A stretch of DNA of 64,000 nucleotides from IMG/VR virus record IMGVR_UViG_3300037780_000034, positions 128,001-192,000 of that record; one strand, given 5' to 3'. The notes under the pieces were generated by a model. It was not told where the DNA came from. It worked only from the letters and a program-made list of their open reading frames with translations, and did not search any database. This document shows, piece after piece, positions 46,577 to 55,841 of the stretch. Both the position numbers and the translations under genes were made by a program. The first letter of the stretch is position 1. Each line of letters begins with the position of its first letter. The DNA comes from a virus (lineage: Duplodnaviria > Caudoviricetes).

Positions 46577-47020
46577 ATGGCAAAATATGTAGGACATTCA
46601 TATAGTAGATGTATATTAGATATATATGAAGGTAATGTAAACTATAATGATATAGCAGTTATCATAACAAGAACAAGATTTGATCCTCTTAATTTGGAAC
46701 ATTGGGAAAAAATATGGGATGGATATAGTTCATTATTTTCAAGTAGTGCTTCCAATTGGTATGAGTATCGTGATGATACAGATGCTAAAAAGCAATTTTA
46801 TGAAATAACTGTAATGCTTCATAACGATGGCTTGTTACATCAACCAAGAAATTTTGGAAGCAGTAGCGCATGGTCTTCTCCGTATGTTTGGTCAAAAATA
46901 GAACCAGTAAATTATGAAGAAATGAAGAAAAGTGATGGAGAAAAATGGGGATTACCTACTAAAAATAAAAAAATGTCAGATACCGAGTTTGACAAAGTAA
47001 TACAACAATTTGGATTTTAA
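46577..47020 (+). CDS. hypothetical protein
   Basis: ORF. Confidence 0.6.
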   Translation: MAKYVGHSYSRCILDIYEGNVNYNDIAVIITRTRFDPLNLEHWEKIWDGYSSLFSSSASNWYEYRDDTDAKKQFYEITVMLHNDGLLHQPRNFGSSSAWSSPYVWSKIEPVNYEEMKKSDGEKWGLPTKNKKMSDTEFDKVIQQFGF

Positions 47021-47021
47021 T

Positions 47022-48482
47022 ATGGTTACTATAAATCTAATACAAGGCGATTGTTTAGATCAGTTAAAAAAACTTGATGATAACAGCGTTGATAGTATTG
47101 TTACTGATCCTCCTGCTGGAATTTCCTTTATGAATAAAGGATGGGATAGTGATAAAGGCGGGAGAGACCAATGGATTTTATGGATGGGAGATATTGCCAA
47201 AGAATGTAACCGTGTTTTAAAACCAGGTGGTCACGCTTTGGTATGGGCCTTGCCAAGAACATCACATTGGACAGGTATGGCTTGGGAAAATGGCGGATTT
47301 GAAGTTCGTGATAAAGTTGCACATATATTTGGAACTGGATTTCCAAAATCTATGGATATAAGTAAATCTATAGATGCACATTTTGGTAAAACACGAACAG
47401 TAAAAAAAGGTATAAAACCCGGTCACGAAGAATTTGTAAACAGAACTACAAAAGGCCATTTAGAAGGAGTTAATGGTGAAAAAGCTTGGAAACGTCCTTG
47501 GATGGAAAGTGAAAATGCAAGCGATTATCACTATGATTTTGAACCTGCAACAGATGAATCTAAACAATGGACCGGATGGGGGACAAATTTGAAACCAGCA
47601 ATGGAAGATTGGTGGTTATTGCGTAAACCCATAAGTGAAAAAACTATTGCTGAAAATGTGCTAAAATATGGAACAGGTGGTATTAATATTGATGAAAGCC
47701 GAATACCTATAAATCCAGAAGTAGATGATCCACGACTTGGCGGAAATGGAACTTGGAAAACTGATGGTATGGCAAAAAATGTTTATGCAGGTGGATATTC
47801 AGGTAAAGAAAATGGATCAAGTGTATTGGGCAGATTTCCTAGTAATATAATTCATGACGGCAGTGATGAAGTAATTTCTCTTTTTCCAGAAAGTAAAGGC
47901 CAACAAGGAGACGTAAAAGGTTCAGAACCATCACATACTGGCCAAAATGGTATATATGGCGAATATGGAAGAGTAGAATCACAGAAGCGTAACGATAGTG
48001 GAAGTGCTGCAAGGTTCTTTTATTGTGCTAAAGCTTCACAAAGCGATAGAAATGAAGGATTAGAAGATTTTGAAGAAAAATCTATAGGAAGAAAAGGAAA
48101 TGGAATTCGTAGAATATGTGCTACCTGTGGGGTTCAAAGTCTTGAAGCGCACTTGTGTAAGTGTGATGAAAAAAATTGGATTAATCCTCCAACAAAAAAG
48201 AACAATCATCCTACTGTAAAGAATACAGAACTTATGAAATATCTAGTTCGTATGATAACTCCACCAAATGGAACAGTGTTAGACCCGTTTATGGGAAGTG
48301 GTTCTACCGGAAAAGCAGCAGTTCGTTGTGGTTTTAGTTTTGTTGGAATTGAATTAGAAAAAGAATATTTTGATATTGCAAAAGCACGTATTGAATACGC
48401 TCGTGATAATCCAGAAAAAACAAAAAAGCAAAAAAAGAAAAAAGAAAATATTAAAGATTTACCAAGCGATTTGTTTGAATAG
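47022..48482 (+). CDS. N6-adenine/N4-cytosine DNA methyltransferase (beta class)
   Basis: GDCL, VTDPPA, HPTVKN, LDPFMGSGSTG. Confidence 0.9.
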   Translation: MVTINLIQGDCLDQLKKLDDNSVDSIVTDPPAGISFMNKGWDSDKGGRDQWILWMGDIAKECNRVLKPGGHALVWALPRTSHWTGMAWENGGFEVRDKVAHIFGTGFPKSMDISKSIDAHFGKTRTVKKGIKPGHEEFVNRTTKGHLEGVNGEKAWKRPWMESENASDYHYDFEPATDESKQWTGWGTNLKPAMEDWWLLRKPISEKTIAENVLKYGTGGINIDESRIPINPEVDDPRLGGNGTWKTDGMAKNVYAGGYSGKENGSSVLGRFPSNIIHDGSDEVISLFPESKGQQGDVKGSEPSHTGQNGIYGEYGRVESQKRNDSGSAARFFYCAKASQSDRNEGLEDFEEKSIGRKGNGIRRICATCGVQSLEAHLCKCDEKNWINPPTKKNNHPTVKNTELMKYLVRMITPPNGTVLDPFMGSGSTGKAAVRCGFSFVGIELEKEYFDIAKARIEYARDNPEKTKKQKKKKENIKDLPSDLFE

Positions 48483-48494
48483 GATAAAAATAAA

Positions 48495-48920
48495 ATGATA
48501 TTAACTATCAACAATGAACCTCTTTTATTTTCAATAGAAAATATAGAAAAAATATGTAAAGCAAAAGATGCAAAATATGTATGTGATACTACATTAAAAA
48601 ATGGAAAAGATTGCTCAATATTTTATGCAAAAGAACCTCATCCTGAAAGTAATAGCAGATATTTTGGAATGTATTATGTTAAAAATGATATTTATATATG
48701 CAATGCATCAGACGTAGAAGATCAACAAATAACAGGTGTCATTGCAGACAACGGTGATATAATTTATAGTAGATTTCGTCACGATTATAGAAAAAGTGAT
48801 GACGGTAGTGTATGGATAGATGGTGGACGTGATTATACTAGATGTGGAATGTATGACAAATCAAAATTCGTTGAACTTAGAGTAAAAAATGGAAGTTTGT
48901 CTATAGAAAAATCCTCTTGA
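48495..48920 (+). CDS. hypothetical phage protein
   Basis: YSRFRHDY...IDGGRDY. Confidence 0.7.
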   Translation: MILTINNEPLLFSIENIEKICKAKDAKYVCDTTLKNGKDCSIFYAKEPHPESNSRYFGMYYVKNDIYICNASDVEDQQITGVIADNGDIIYSRFRHDYRKSDDGSVWIDGGRDYTRCGMYDKSKFVELRVKNGSLSIEKSS

Positions 48921-48970
48921 CAATCATAGGAAAATATGGTAGTATTAAATCTTAACAAAAGGACAAGATT

Positions 48971-49189
48971 ATGAAACTAAACATTGAAATTGACTGCACA
49001 CCAGAAGAACTTCAAGAACTATTTATTCCAGGTGAAAAACAAACTGAATTCTTGACAAAATTTGTAAATTCACTAAGTGAACAAATGCAGGAAAATGTAT
49101 ACAAAAATTATCCAGATTTTATGAATGATATGTTATCTACTATTCAAAAAAATCAAGAACAATTTTTCAAAAATTTTAATAAAAACTAA
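48971..49189 (+). CDS. hypothetical protein
   Basis: MKLNIEIDCTPEE; promoter upstream. Confidence 0.65.
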   Translation: MKLNIEIDCTPEELQELFIPGEKQTEFLTKFVNSLSEQMQENVYKNYPDFMNDMLSTIQKNQEQFFKNFNKN

Positions 49190-49206
49190 AATATAGGAGC
49201 AAGCCG

Positions 49207-49806
49207 ATGTATGTCAAAATAGGGCCTTACAAAAGCTGGTTTGGACCATTTCAATTAGCAGAAACTTTACTGTTTTGGATGGATACAGATAGTGATTTTG
49301 TTTACAAGTTCGGAAATTGGCTTGCTCATAGAAAATTTAAGATAGATTTAACCAACGAAGAAGAAAACCATAAAACTTATTTGTATAAATTTATGCTATG
49401 GGTTGACATAAAAAATAAAAGAAAAATCAAAGTAAAAATTGATAATTATGATTTATGGAGTATGGACTCGACTCTTGCCTATATTATACTTCCTATGCTA
49501 AAAAAAATTAAAAATGAAAAACACGGAACTCCTTTTGTAGATAATCAAGATGTTCCAGAATACCTTCATTCTTCTAAAGAAGAAATTGATGAACTTAATT
49601 ATGAAGGTATTACCGATGAAAAGTTTATTAAACGTTGGGAATGGGTTTTAGATGAAATTATTTTTTCTTTTGAAAGTATAGTAGATGATAGTTGGCAAGA
49701 TACATTATATGAAAAAAGAGATTTTGAAACATTGAAAAATACGGAAAAAAGAATTAGTAATGGTTTAATTCTTTTTGGAAAGTATTATAGATCACTGTGG
49801 ACGTAA
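49207..49806 (+). CDS. conserved T4-like hypothetical protein
   Basis: WSMDSTLAYIILPML; GLILFGKYYRSLW. Confidence 0.75.
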   Translation: MYVKIGPYKSWFGPFQLAETLLFWMDTDSDFVYKFGNWLAHRKFKIDLTNEEENHKTYLYKFMLWVDIKNKRKIKVKIDNYDLWSMDSTLAYIILPMLKKIKNEKHGTPFVDNQDVPEYLHSSKEEIDELNYEGITDEKFIKRWEWVLDEIIFSFESIVDDSWQDTLYEKRDFETLKNTEKRISNGLILFGKYYRSLWT

Positions 49807-50102
49807 AATGTATAAAATTTTAATTTTTTCATTTTTGGTTGACGAACATGAAGTATACCATGCACGGGACACCGGAATGTATGATTTAATTGCAAAATCA
49901 ATAAAAGATTGGTATACAAACACAGAAATAGGTCAATGGTGTTATGAAAATAAAATTAATCCATATTATGATTTGCCACACAGACGCATAGAAACTATGC
50001 AACTAAAAATTAATTTTTATGTAGATATTCCGCATGAATTAAAAGCAGAATATGATAAGATTAATTTTTTTGATAAATTGATAAACTAAGATTGGAGACA
50101 TT

Positions 50103-50402
50103 ATGTTTGAAACTGAAATACAAAAAACCGAACTATTGAATTACTTAAAAGAAGGCAATGTGAAAATTCAATTTAAGAAAGTTAATGGAGAAATTCGTGA
50201 AATGAATTGCACATTAAATGAAAATGTTGTTAATGGAGGAAATTTGATAGAATCTTCAAAGACATCTAAAAAGAAAAACCCAGATGTCATTGCAGTATGG
50301 GATATTGAAATGAACGGCTGGCGCAGTATGCGTTGGGAAAACATTATAAAGGTAGATATATATGAACAATTTGAAACAACTAACTTGGGAAGCACATCAT
50401 AA
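50103..50402 (+). CDS. SH3-fold protein (WYL_2-like)
   Basis: FKKVNGEIREMNCTL; WDIEMNGWRS. Confidence 0.75.
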   Translation: MFETEIQKTELLNYLKEGNVKIQFKKVNGEIREMNCTLNENVVNGGNLIESSKTSKKKNPDVIAVWDIEMNGWRSMRWENIIKVDIYEQFETTNLGSTS

Positions 50403-50889
50403 TGCCGAAAGACAGCAATTTGCAAAAACATTACTAAGTGGAAAAATTACTCCACAACTGTATTACAAATATCTTTATAATCAATATCATATTTATATGG
50501 CCCTTGAAGAAAAACTGGATATACCAGAAATAGAAGATGTAAAAAGACTTACAAAAATAAAAGAAGATATTAAAGAATTAGAAGAATTGTATGATTTAAA
50601 AAATACAGATCAATTGTGTAGTTCAACCATTGAATATATGAAATATGTATCAGTATTAGATAAATCAAAAGTTATTTCGCATATATATGTTAGACATTTT
50701 GGAGATATGTATGGTGGTCAAATTATAAAAAAACGTATTCCAGGAAGTGGAAAAATGTATGATTTTGATAATGTTGAAAATTTAAAAACAATAATTAGAA
50801 ATATGTTAGATGATACTATGGCAGACGAAGCTAAGGTTTGTTTTGATTTTGCAACAAAATTATTTCAGGAATTATCAACAAATGAGTGA
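50362..50889 (+). CDS. hemO: heme oxygenase
   Basis: LKQLTWEAHHNAE; HIYVRHFGDMYGGQ. Confidence 0.9.
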   Translation: MNNLKQLTWEAHHNAERQQFAKTLLSGKITPQLYYKYLYNQYHIYMALEEKLDIPEIEDVKRLTKIKEDIKELEELYDLKNTDQLCSSTIEYMKYVSVLDKSKVISHIYVRHFGDMYGGQIIKKRIPGSGKMYDFDNVENLKTIIRNMLDDTMADEAKVCFDFATKLFQELSTNE

Positions 50890-51574
50890 AGTATGGAATA
50901 ACTTAATTAACATTCAAGATTTCTTAATAACTCAATTTGATAAATCTGGGACAGAAATACAAGAAGAAGGAATGGAAATATATAATAAAAACGGTTGGAT
51001 AAATCGTGTGTGGACAAGTAATAGTTATAGACGTGCACATATTGATGTAGTTGATGCTCGTAATTCTAAAGGACTATGGATGATGCACTGTTGTGTATTT
51101 CCTCATTTAGAAAATAATGGTCCAATATTTGGATTTGATGTAATTGCTGGAAAAAATAAAATGACAGGAGCATTTTTAGATTTTTCACCAACTGTTGAAA
51201 AAAATCACATAATGATTGAAGAACTTGGACATTATGTTTCTAACTTAAATTGGAAAAAAGAAAGAGAATTACCAGATTGGGCAAAAGCTATATTCAGTAA
51301 TCATATGGTTGCAGCAGGAAACATATCTAACATTGATGAAATAACACAAGTAACTATAATGGTAAATGATATGATAACCTTTTATCTTGATGATATAGAA
51401 AAATACAACAATCTATGTTCAGCAGAAGAATCAATATTAAGTCAGAATAATTATGCCTATTATCAAAAACAAAATCCACATACCCCAAAAACTATGACAG
51501 CTTTGGGCCTAGATGAAATTGAAGTAAAAAACTTTATAGAAAATTGTTTGTTTCCAAAAATAAAATCACAATAA
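50882..51574 (+). CDS. ferredoxin-dependent bilin reductase (PcyA/PcyX-type)
   Basis: RRAHID, MHCCVFP, IFGFD, QKQNPHT. Confidence 0.85.
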   Translation: MSEVWNNLINIQDFLITQFDKSGTEIQEEGMEIYNKNGWINRVWTSNSYRRAHIDVVDARNSKGLWMMHCCVFPHLENNGPIFGFDVIAGKNKMTGAFLDFSPTVEKNHIMIEELGHYVSNLNWKKERELPDWAKAIFSNHMVAAGNISNIDEITQVTIMVNDMITFYLDDIEKYNNLCSAEESILSQNNYAYYQKQNPHTPKTMTALGLDEIEVKNFIENCLFPKIKSQ

Positions 51575-51791
51575 TTAATCAGGAGAATAAAAATGCCATA
51601 CAACTATACTAATATCAACCAAATAGATAAAGATACATTTGATTATTTAAAATTTGTATTACCAACTGACATATACGAAACTGATATTTCAGAAATAAAT
51701 TATTTTCTAACTAAGTTAGAAAGCTATTACATGGAACTTGACAACGATACCGAATCGGTATAAATAGATACTGAAATGAAAGGATACTCAT

Positions 51792-52259
51792 ATGTCTAAA
51801 TCTGCATATAACAAATATCTGAAAGTAAATGAAAAGTATTATGAAATGTCTGAAAATCTTGTCCTTAAAAATCTTAAGTTATCCATTATGGGCAAACTTA
51901 CAGAAAGCAAAAAAGACAAATATAATCAAAAAAATGTCGATATTGCATACAAGTGGAAAGATGCAGTTGACAACATCAACATAAAATATAACGAATATTT
52001 TGATTATCCTGAAGAACTTGTATCTATGTTAGAAGAAGCTGGATTTTATGCTGACGAAGACGAGTATGAAGATACGACACAAACGTATGTTCATGCACCT
52101 GTTGAACGTTATGATCCAACACCAGTTATCATTGAACGGTATACCGCACCAGAACCACAACGTAAAAAAAGTAGTGCCCTTGTGAATGCGGCTGGTCTTG
52201 CTGCAATAACAGTTGGTTCTTACTATGCTGGAAAAAGGCTTGCAAAGGCTCTGCTTTAA
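51792..52259 (+). CDS. hypothetical late protein
   Basis: TATAAATA and RBS upstream. Confidence 0.65.
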   Translation: MSKSAYNKYLKVNEKYYEMSENLVLKNLKLSIMGKLTESKKDKYNQKNVDIAYKWKDAVDNINIKYNEYFDYPEELVSMLEEAGFYADEDEYEDTTQTYVHAPVERYDPTPVIIERYTAPEPQRKKSSALVNAAGLAAITVGSYYAGKRLAKALL

Positions 52260-52831
52260 TGAATAAAGTAATATTAACAGATTGTGATGGTGTTCTTTTA
52301 AATTGGGAAAGTCAATTTCATAAATGGATGAATGATCGTGGTTATAACCAAACAAAAAGTGGATTTTATGAAATCCACGATGTTTATGATATGGCAGAAG
52401 ATCGTGCTATCCGGTATATTGAAGAATTTAACACAAGTTCTTATGTAATTGACTTACCACCATTAAAAAATTCAGTTGAAGGGTTAAAACGGTTAACTGA
52501 AAATGGGTATAAATTTGTTGTTATAACGAGTATAGGCGATAATCCATATACAAAAAAATTAAGAACAATAAATTTAGAAACTCTTTTTGGAAAAGATACA
52601 TTTATAGACATTATATGTCTTTCTGAAAAAATTAGTAAAAAATCAGAACTAGAAAAATATAAAGATAGTGGATTGTATTGGATTGAAGATTTACCTAAAA
52701 ATGCAAGTTTAGGTGCAGATTTAGGATTAAAACCAATATTACTAACTCATCATTATAATCAATATGATTGTAGTGACCATAGATTAATTAGAACAAATGA
52801 TTGGAATGAAATTTGTAATATTATAATATAA
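52259..52831 (+). CDS. 5'(3')-deoxyribonucleotidase-like HAD protein
   Basis: LTDCDGVL; WIED. Confidence 0.8.
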   Translation: MNKVILTDCDGVLLNWESQFHKWMNDRGYNQTKSGFYEIHDVYDMAEDRAIRYIEEFNTSSYVIDLPPLKNSVEGLKRLTENGYKFVVITSIGDNPYTKKLRTINLETLFGKDTFIDIICLSEKISKKSELEKYKDSGLYWIEDLPKNASLGADLGLKPILLTHHYNQYDCSDHRLIRTNDWNEICNIII

Positions 52832-52868
52832 GTGCAACTTGGAACCAGCAATTTATACTTATATTATG

Positions 52869-53657
52869 TTACTTTTCATCACCATAAATACGAAGAACGT
52901 CTCTTACTGTAGGATGACGTTCAACATCATTACGTGAAAATTCAACAACTCCCATTCTGGAACTATTATGATTTTGTAGTAAATCTAAAAAGTCTTTTAG
53001 TCCATTTTCATCAAATGTTCTATCGTGCTGTTTTAAGTCTCCAGTAACAATTATTCTACTGTTTTCACCTAACCTAGTTAAAATCATTTTCATTTGGTTA
53101 GGTGTGCAGTTTTGTGCTTCATCAAAAAGAATATATGCATTCTTGAAAGTTCTTCCACGCATGTATGCAAGTGGTGCTACCTCTATTATATTTTCTTTTA
53201 TCATAGCTTCTATTTCTATAGGAGAATAATATTCTTCTATAACATCAAATATAGGACGTGTCCAAGGGGCCATTTTTTCTACCAGATTTCCTGGTAAAAA
53301 CCCGTGTTGTTCATCTACGCTAACTGCAGGACGAGTAACTACTATTTTTTCACATTCGCCATTTTTCAATGCACGAATAGCGGCCAATACGGCTATCATA
53401 GTTTTACCTGTTCCTGCTGGTCCTATTGCAAACACCAAATCTATTTTATTATTATCTAGTAATTCAATGTAATCTTCTTGTTTAATGTTTTTTGGAAGAA
53501 TAACTACATTTTTTTTACGATTTTTATAGTTTTGGAAGTCTACAACTTGATGTGATATTGTTCCAACATTTTGCGGAACTGTATTTTTTGTTTTTCTAGC
53601 TCTATGCTTTGTCACTATGTGATCTCCTTTTAAAAAGGCTGGTTCCAAGTCGCACAT
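52869..53657 (-). CDS. phoH: PhoH family ATPase
   Basis: GPAGTGKT, RPAVS, YMRGRTF, DEAQN, GDLKQ. Confidence 0.95.
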   Translation of the reverse strand: MCDLEPAFLKGDHIVTKHRARKTKNTVPQNVGTISHQVVDFQNYKNRKKNVVILPKNIKQEDYIELLDNNKIDLVFAIGPAGTGKTMIAVLAAIRALKNGECEKIVVTRPAVSVDEQHGFLPGNLVEKMAPWTRPIFDVIEEYYSPIEIEAMIKENIIEVAPLAYMRGRTFKNAYILFDEAQNCTPNQMKMILTRLGENSRIIVTGDLKQHDRTFDENGLKDFLDLLQNHNSSRMGVVEFSRNDVERHPTVRDVLRIYGDEK

Positions 53658-53747
53658 GTATTTACATAAGTAATGTAAATATGTCCAGTTTAGCCTATAT
53701 TTTTGAAAAAATATAAATAAGTATATAATTCAAGGATTTCATAAATT

Positions 53748-54278
53748 ATGATAAATCATACTGACATAGTTAAAAACATTAAAAGCATATATGATAGTAA
53801 AAGTTCTCTAGATATTCTTCTTGAGTTTGAAAAAATATTAGATGAAACACATATATATGCTTACAAAAACTGGATAGAAGGTGAAGTTGTAGAAGGCCCA
53901 GAAATAAACAAATATTGGGTTACAGTAACACTTATGTATCCCTACAAATTAATGCCTGACCCTAGTGCTGCAAAAAGATTAATAAGTCTTGGTTGTAAGG
54001 TAGGATATAAAAAAATTAAATACGTCATAAGTGCCGAAATAACTTCTCCCGAAGATATGGAAATGGAAGCATTAACCGGAAAAAGAAAACCAAAAAAAGA
54101 ACATGTAAATGTATGGTTTGTAAAAATTAAAGTTCCAAGACACTTAATAGATGAATACAATACAGAAAAGTTAGAAATAAACGGTGTAACATTAGATATG
54201 AGTTCTATAAAAGATGCATCTGATAATGATTTAGATACTGTTAAAAATGTTTCAGGAGACAATAATGAAAATATATGA
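53748..54278 (+). CDS. conserved jumbo-phage hypothetical protein
   Basis: YAYKNWIEGEVVEGP; late promoter upstream. Confidence 0.75.
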   Translation: MINHTDIVKNIKSIYDSKSSLDILLEFEKILDETHIYAYKNWIEGEVVEGPEINKYWVTVTLMYPYKLMPDPSAAKRLISLGCKVGYKKIKYVISAEITSPEDMEMEALTGKRKPKKEHVNVWFVKIKVPRHLIDEYNTEKLEINGVTLDMSSIKDASDNDLDTVKNVSGDNNENI

Positions 54279-54765
54279 AGGTTTGCATTATGGAGATTTG
54301 GATGGACTTATTAAATCAACTGCAAGCATTGATCAATACAAACCAAAAATAGGAACAGATGCAGATACTGTAGTTTTTGCATTAACTGTTGATTACGATA
54401 AACCTGCTGAAGATTTAAGTAATTTTATAAGTAATTCAGATTTAGAACATTTAGATGTAGAGGCATCAAGTGTGCCAAATGAAGAAGGTAAATATAAAGT
54501 TTTTGTTGAATTCGCAAGAACACCAAATGTATATAATAAAATATTGAAATTAGTAAAAGACATAAATAATGTTACAAACTATAAATTAACTGATTGGAAA
54601 TTTATAACTTATAAGATGGAAAACGAAGTAGAGTTAACTCTTGACAATCTTCAAAAATATATAATTTCAACAGCAGAAGAATATGATAACAAATTTAAAA
54701 TAAAAAAAGAACAAGAAGAAAAACAAAAAATTAAAGAAAGAATAGAGTTTTTAATAAAATATTAA
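54247..54765 (+). CDS. conserved jumbo-phage hypothetical protein
   Basis: [10 protein letters not shown]. Confidence 0.7.
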   Translation: MFQETIMKIYEGLHYGDLDGLIKSTASIDQYKPKIGTDADTVVFALTVDYDKPAEDLSNFISNSDLEHLDVEASSVPNEEGKYKVFVEFARTPNVYNKILKLVKDINNVTNYKLTDWKFITYKMENEVELTLDNLQKYIISTAEEYDNKFKIKKEQEEKQKIKERIEFLIKY

Positions 54766-54766
54766 T

Positions 54767-54985
54767 ATGAGCAAAGAAGATATAATAAAATTTAGTGGTA
54801 AAGTAATAGAATGTTTGCCAAACGCAAAATTCAAAATAAAATTAGAAAATGATTATACAATTATTGGTATTATCAGTGGAAAAATTAGAAAGTTTAATAT
54901 AAACATATTACTTGGTGACAAAGTAGATGTTGAAATCTCTACTTATGACTTGACAAAGGGACGAATAGTGTATAGATATGGGTGA
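54767..54985 (+). CDS. infA: translation initiation factor IF-1
   Basis: [37 protein letters not shown]. Confidence 0.95.
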   Translation: MSKEDIIKFSGKVIECLPNAKFKIKLENDYTIIGIISGKIRKFNINILLGDKVDVEISTYDLTKGRIVYRYG

Positions 54986-55011
54986 ACCATAGAAAGCAGG
55001 ATAACACGTAA

Positions 55012-55467
55012 ATGTGGAAATATGTATTAATTGTAACATTTGTCACTGGACTATTCGGGTTTGGATACTATATGTATGACTCAGTAACAACTACTATTAA
55101 AACATTGATAGAACAAAATGCACAACTAAAATATGTTGCAGAACAAAATAAACAAGAGTTAGATAGAATATTAGAAGATATAAGAATTATTGCGATAGAA
55201 AATGAAACTGTATCTACTGAATTTGATATTGCAAACTCTATAGTAGACAAGTTAAATGCTATTTTAAGTAAACACGATCTTGGAATGTTAGCACTGGAAA
55301 GACCTGGATTAGTGGAAAATAGAATTAATAATGCAGCAAACGAATTAAATAGATGTTTTGAAATTTTAAGTGGAAGTCAATTAACATTGGAGGAAATCAA
55401 TGCTACCAGAAAAAGTGAAATCAATGATTTTTGTAGTGACCTTGCTAATCCCAATTACAATAATTAG
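55012..55467 (+). CDS. putative inner-membrane spanin
   Basis: N-terminal TM plus coiled coil; overlaps a lipoprotein gene. Confidence 0.6.
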   Translation: MWKYVLIVTFVTGLFGFGYYMYDSVTTTIKTLIEQNAQLKYVAEQNKQELDRILEDIRIIAIENETVSTEFDIANSIVDKLNAILSKHDLGMLALERPGLVENRINNAANELNRCFEILSGSQLTLEEINATRKSEINDFCSDLANPNYNN

Positions 55468-55771
55468 TGGTTGTTCAACTCCTAATATAGAACAAATAGA
55501 AATTGTTGAAACTCCTAAAGAACGCCCCGCTCTCATTTTACCAAAAGTTACGCAAATAGAAACTCTTGAAGTAGAATGGATTGTGGCAAATGAACAAAAC
55601 ATTAATGATAAATTCCAAGAACTAAAAGAAAATTATAAAACACCAGTGCTATTTGCATTGGATGAAGAAAATTATCAAAATTTGAGTTTAAATCAAGTAA
55701 GATTTTTAAGACTTATTAGACAACAACAATCATTGATAGAATCCTATAAACGATATTATGAAACTCAATGA
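55400..55771 (+). CDS. putative outer-membrane spanin lipoprotein
   Basis: lipobox ISGC followed by a Pro-rich segment. Confidence 0.6.
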   Translation: MLPEKVKSMIFVVTLLIPITIISGCSTPNIEQIEIVETPKERPALILPKVTQIETLEVEWIVANEQNINDKFQELKENYKTPVLFALDEENYQNLSLNQVRFLRLIRQQQSLIESYKRYYETQ

Positions 55772-55841
55772 GTTTTCGGTATCACTATTGACATAGTGAT
55801 ACATTTGTGATATTATGTAACAAAAGAAATAAAGGTAAAAT

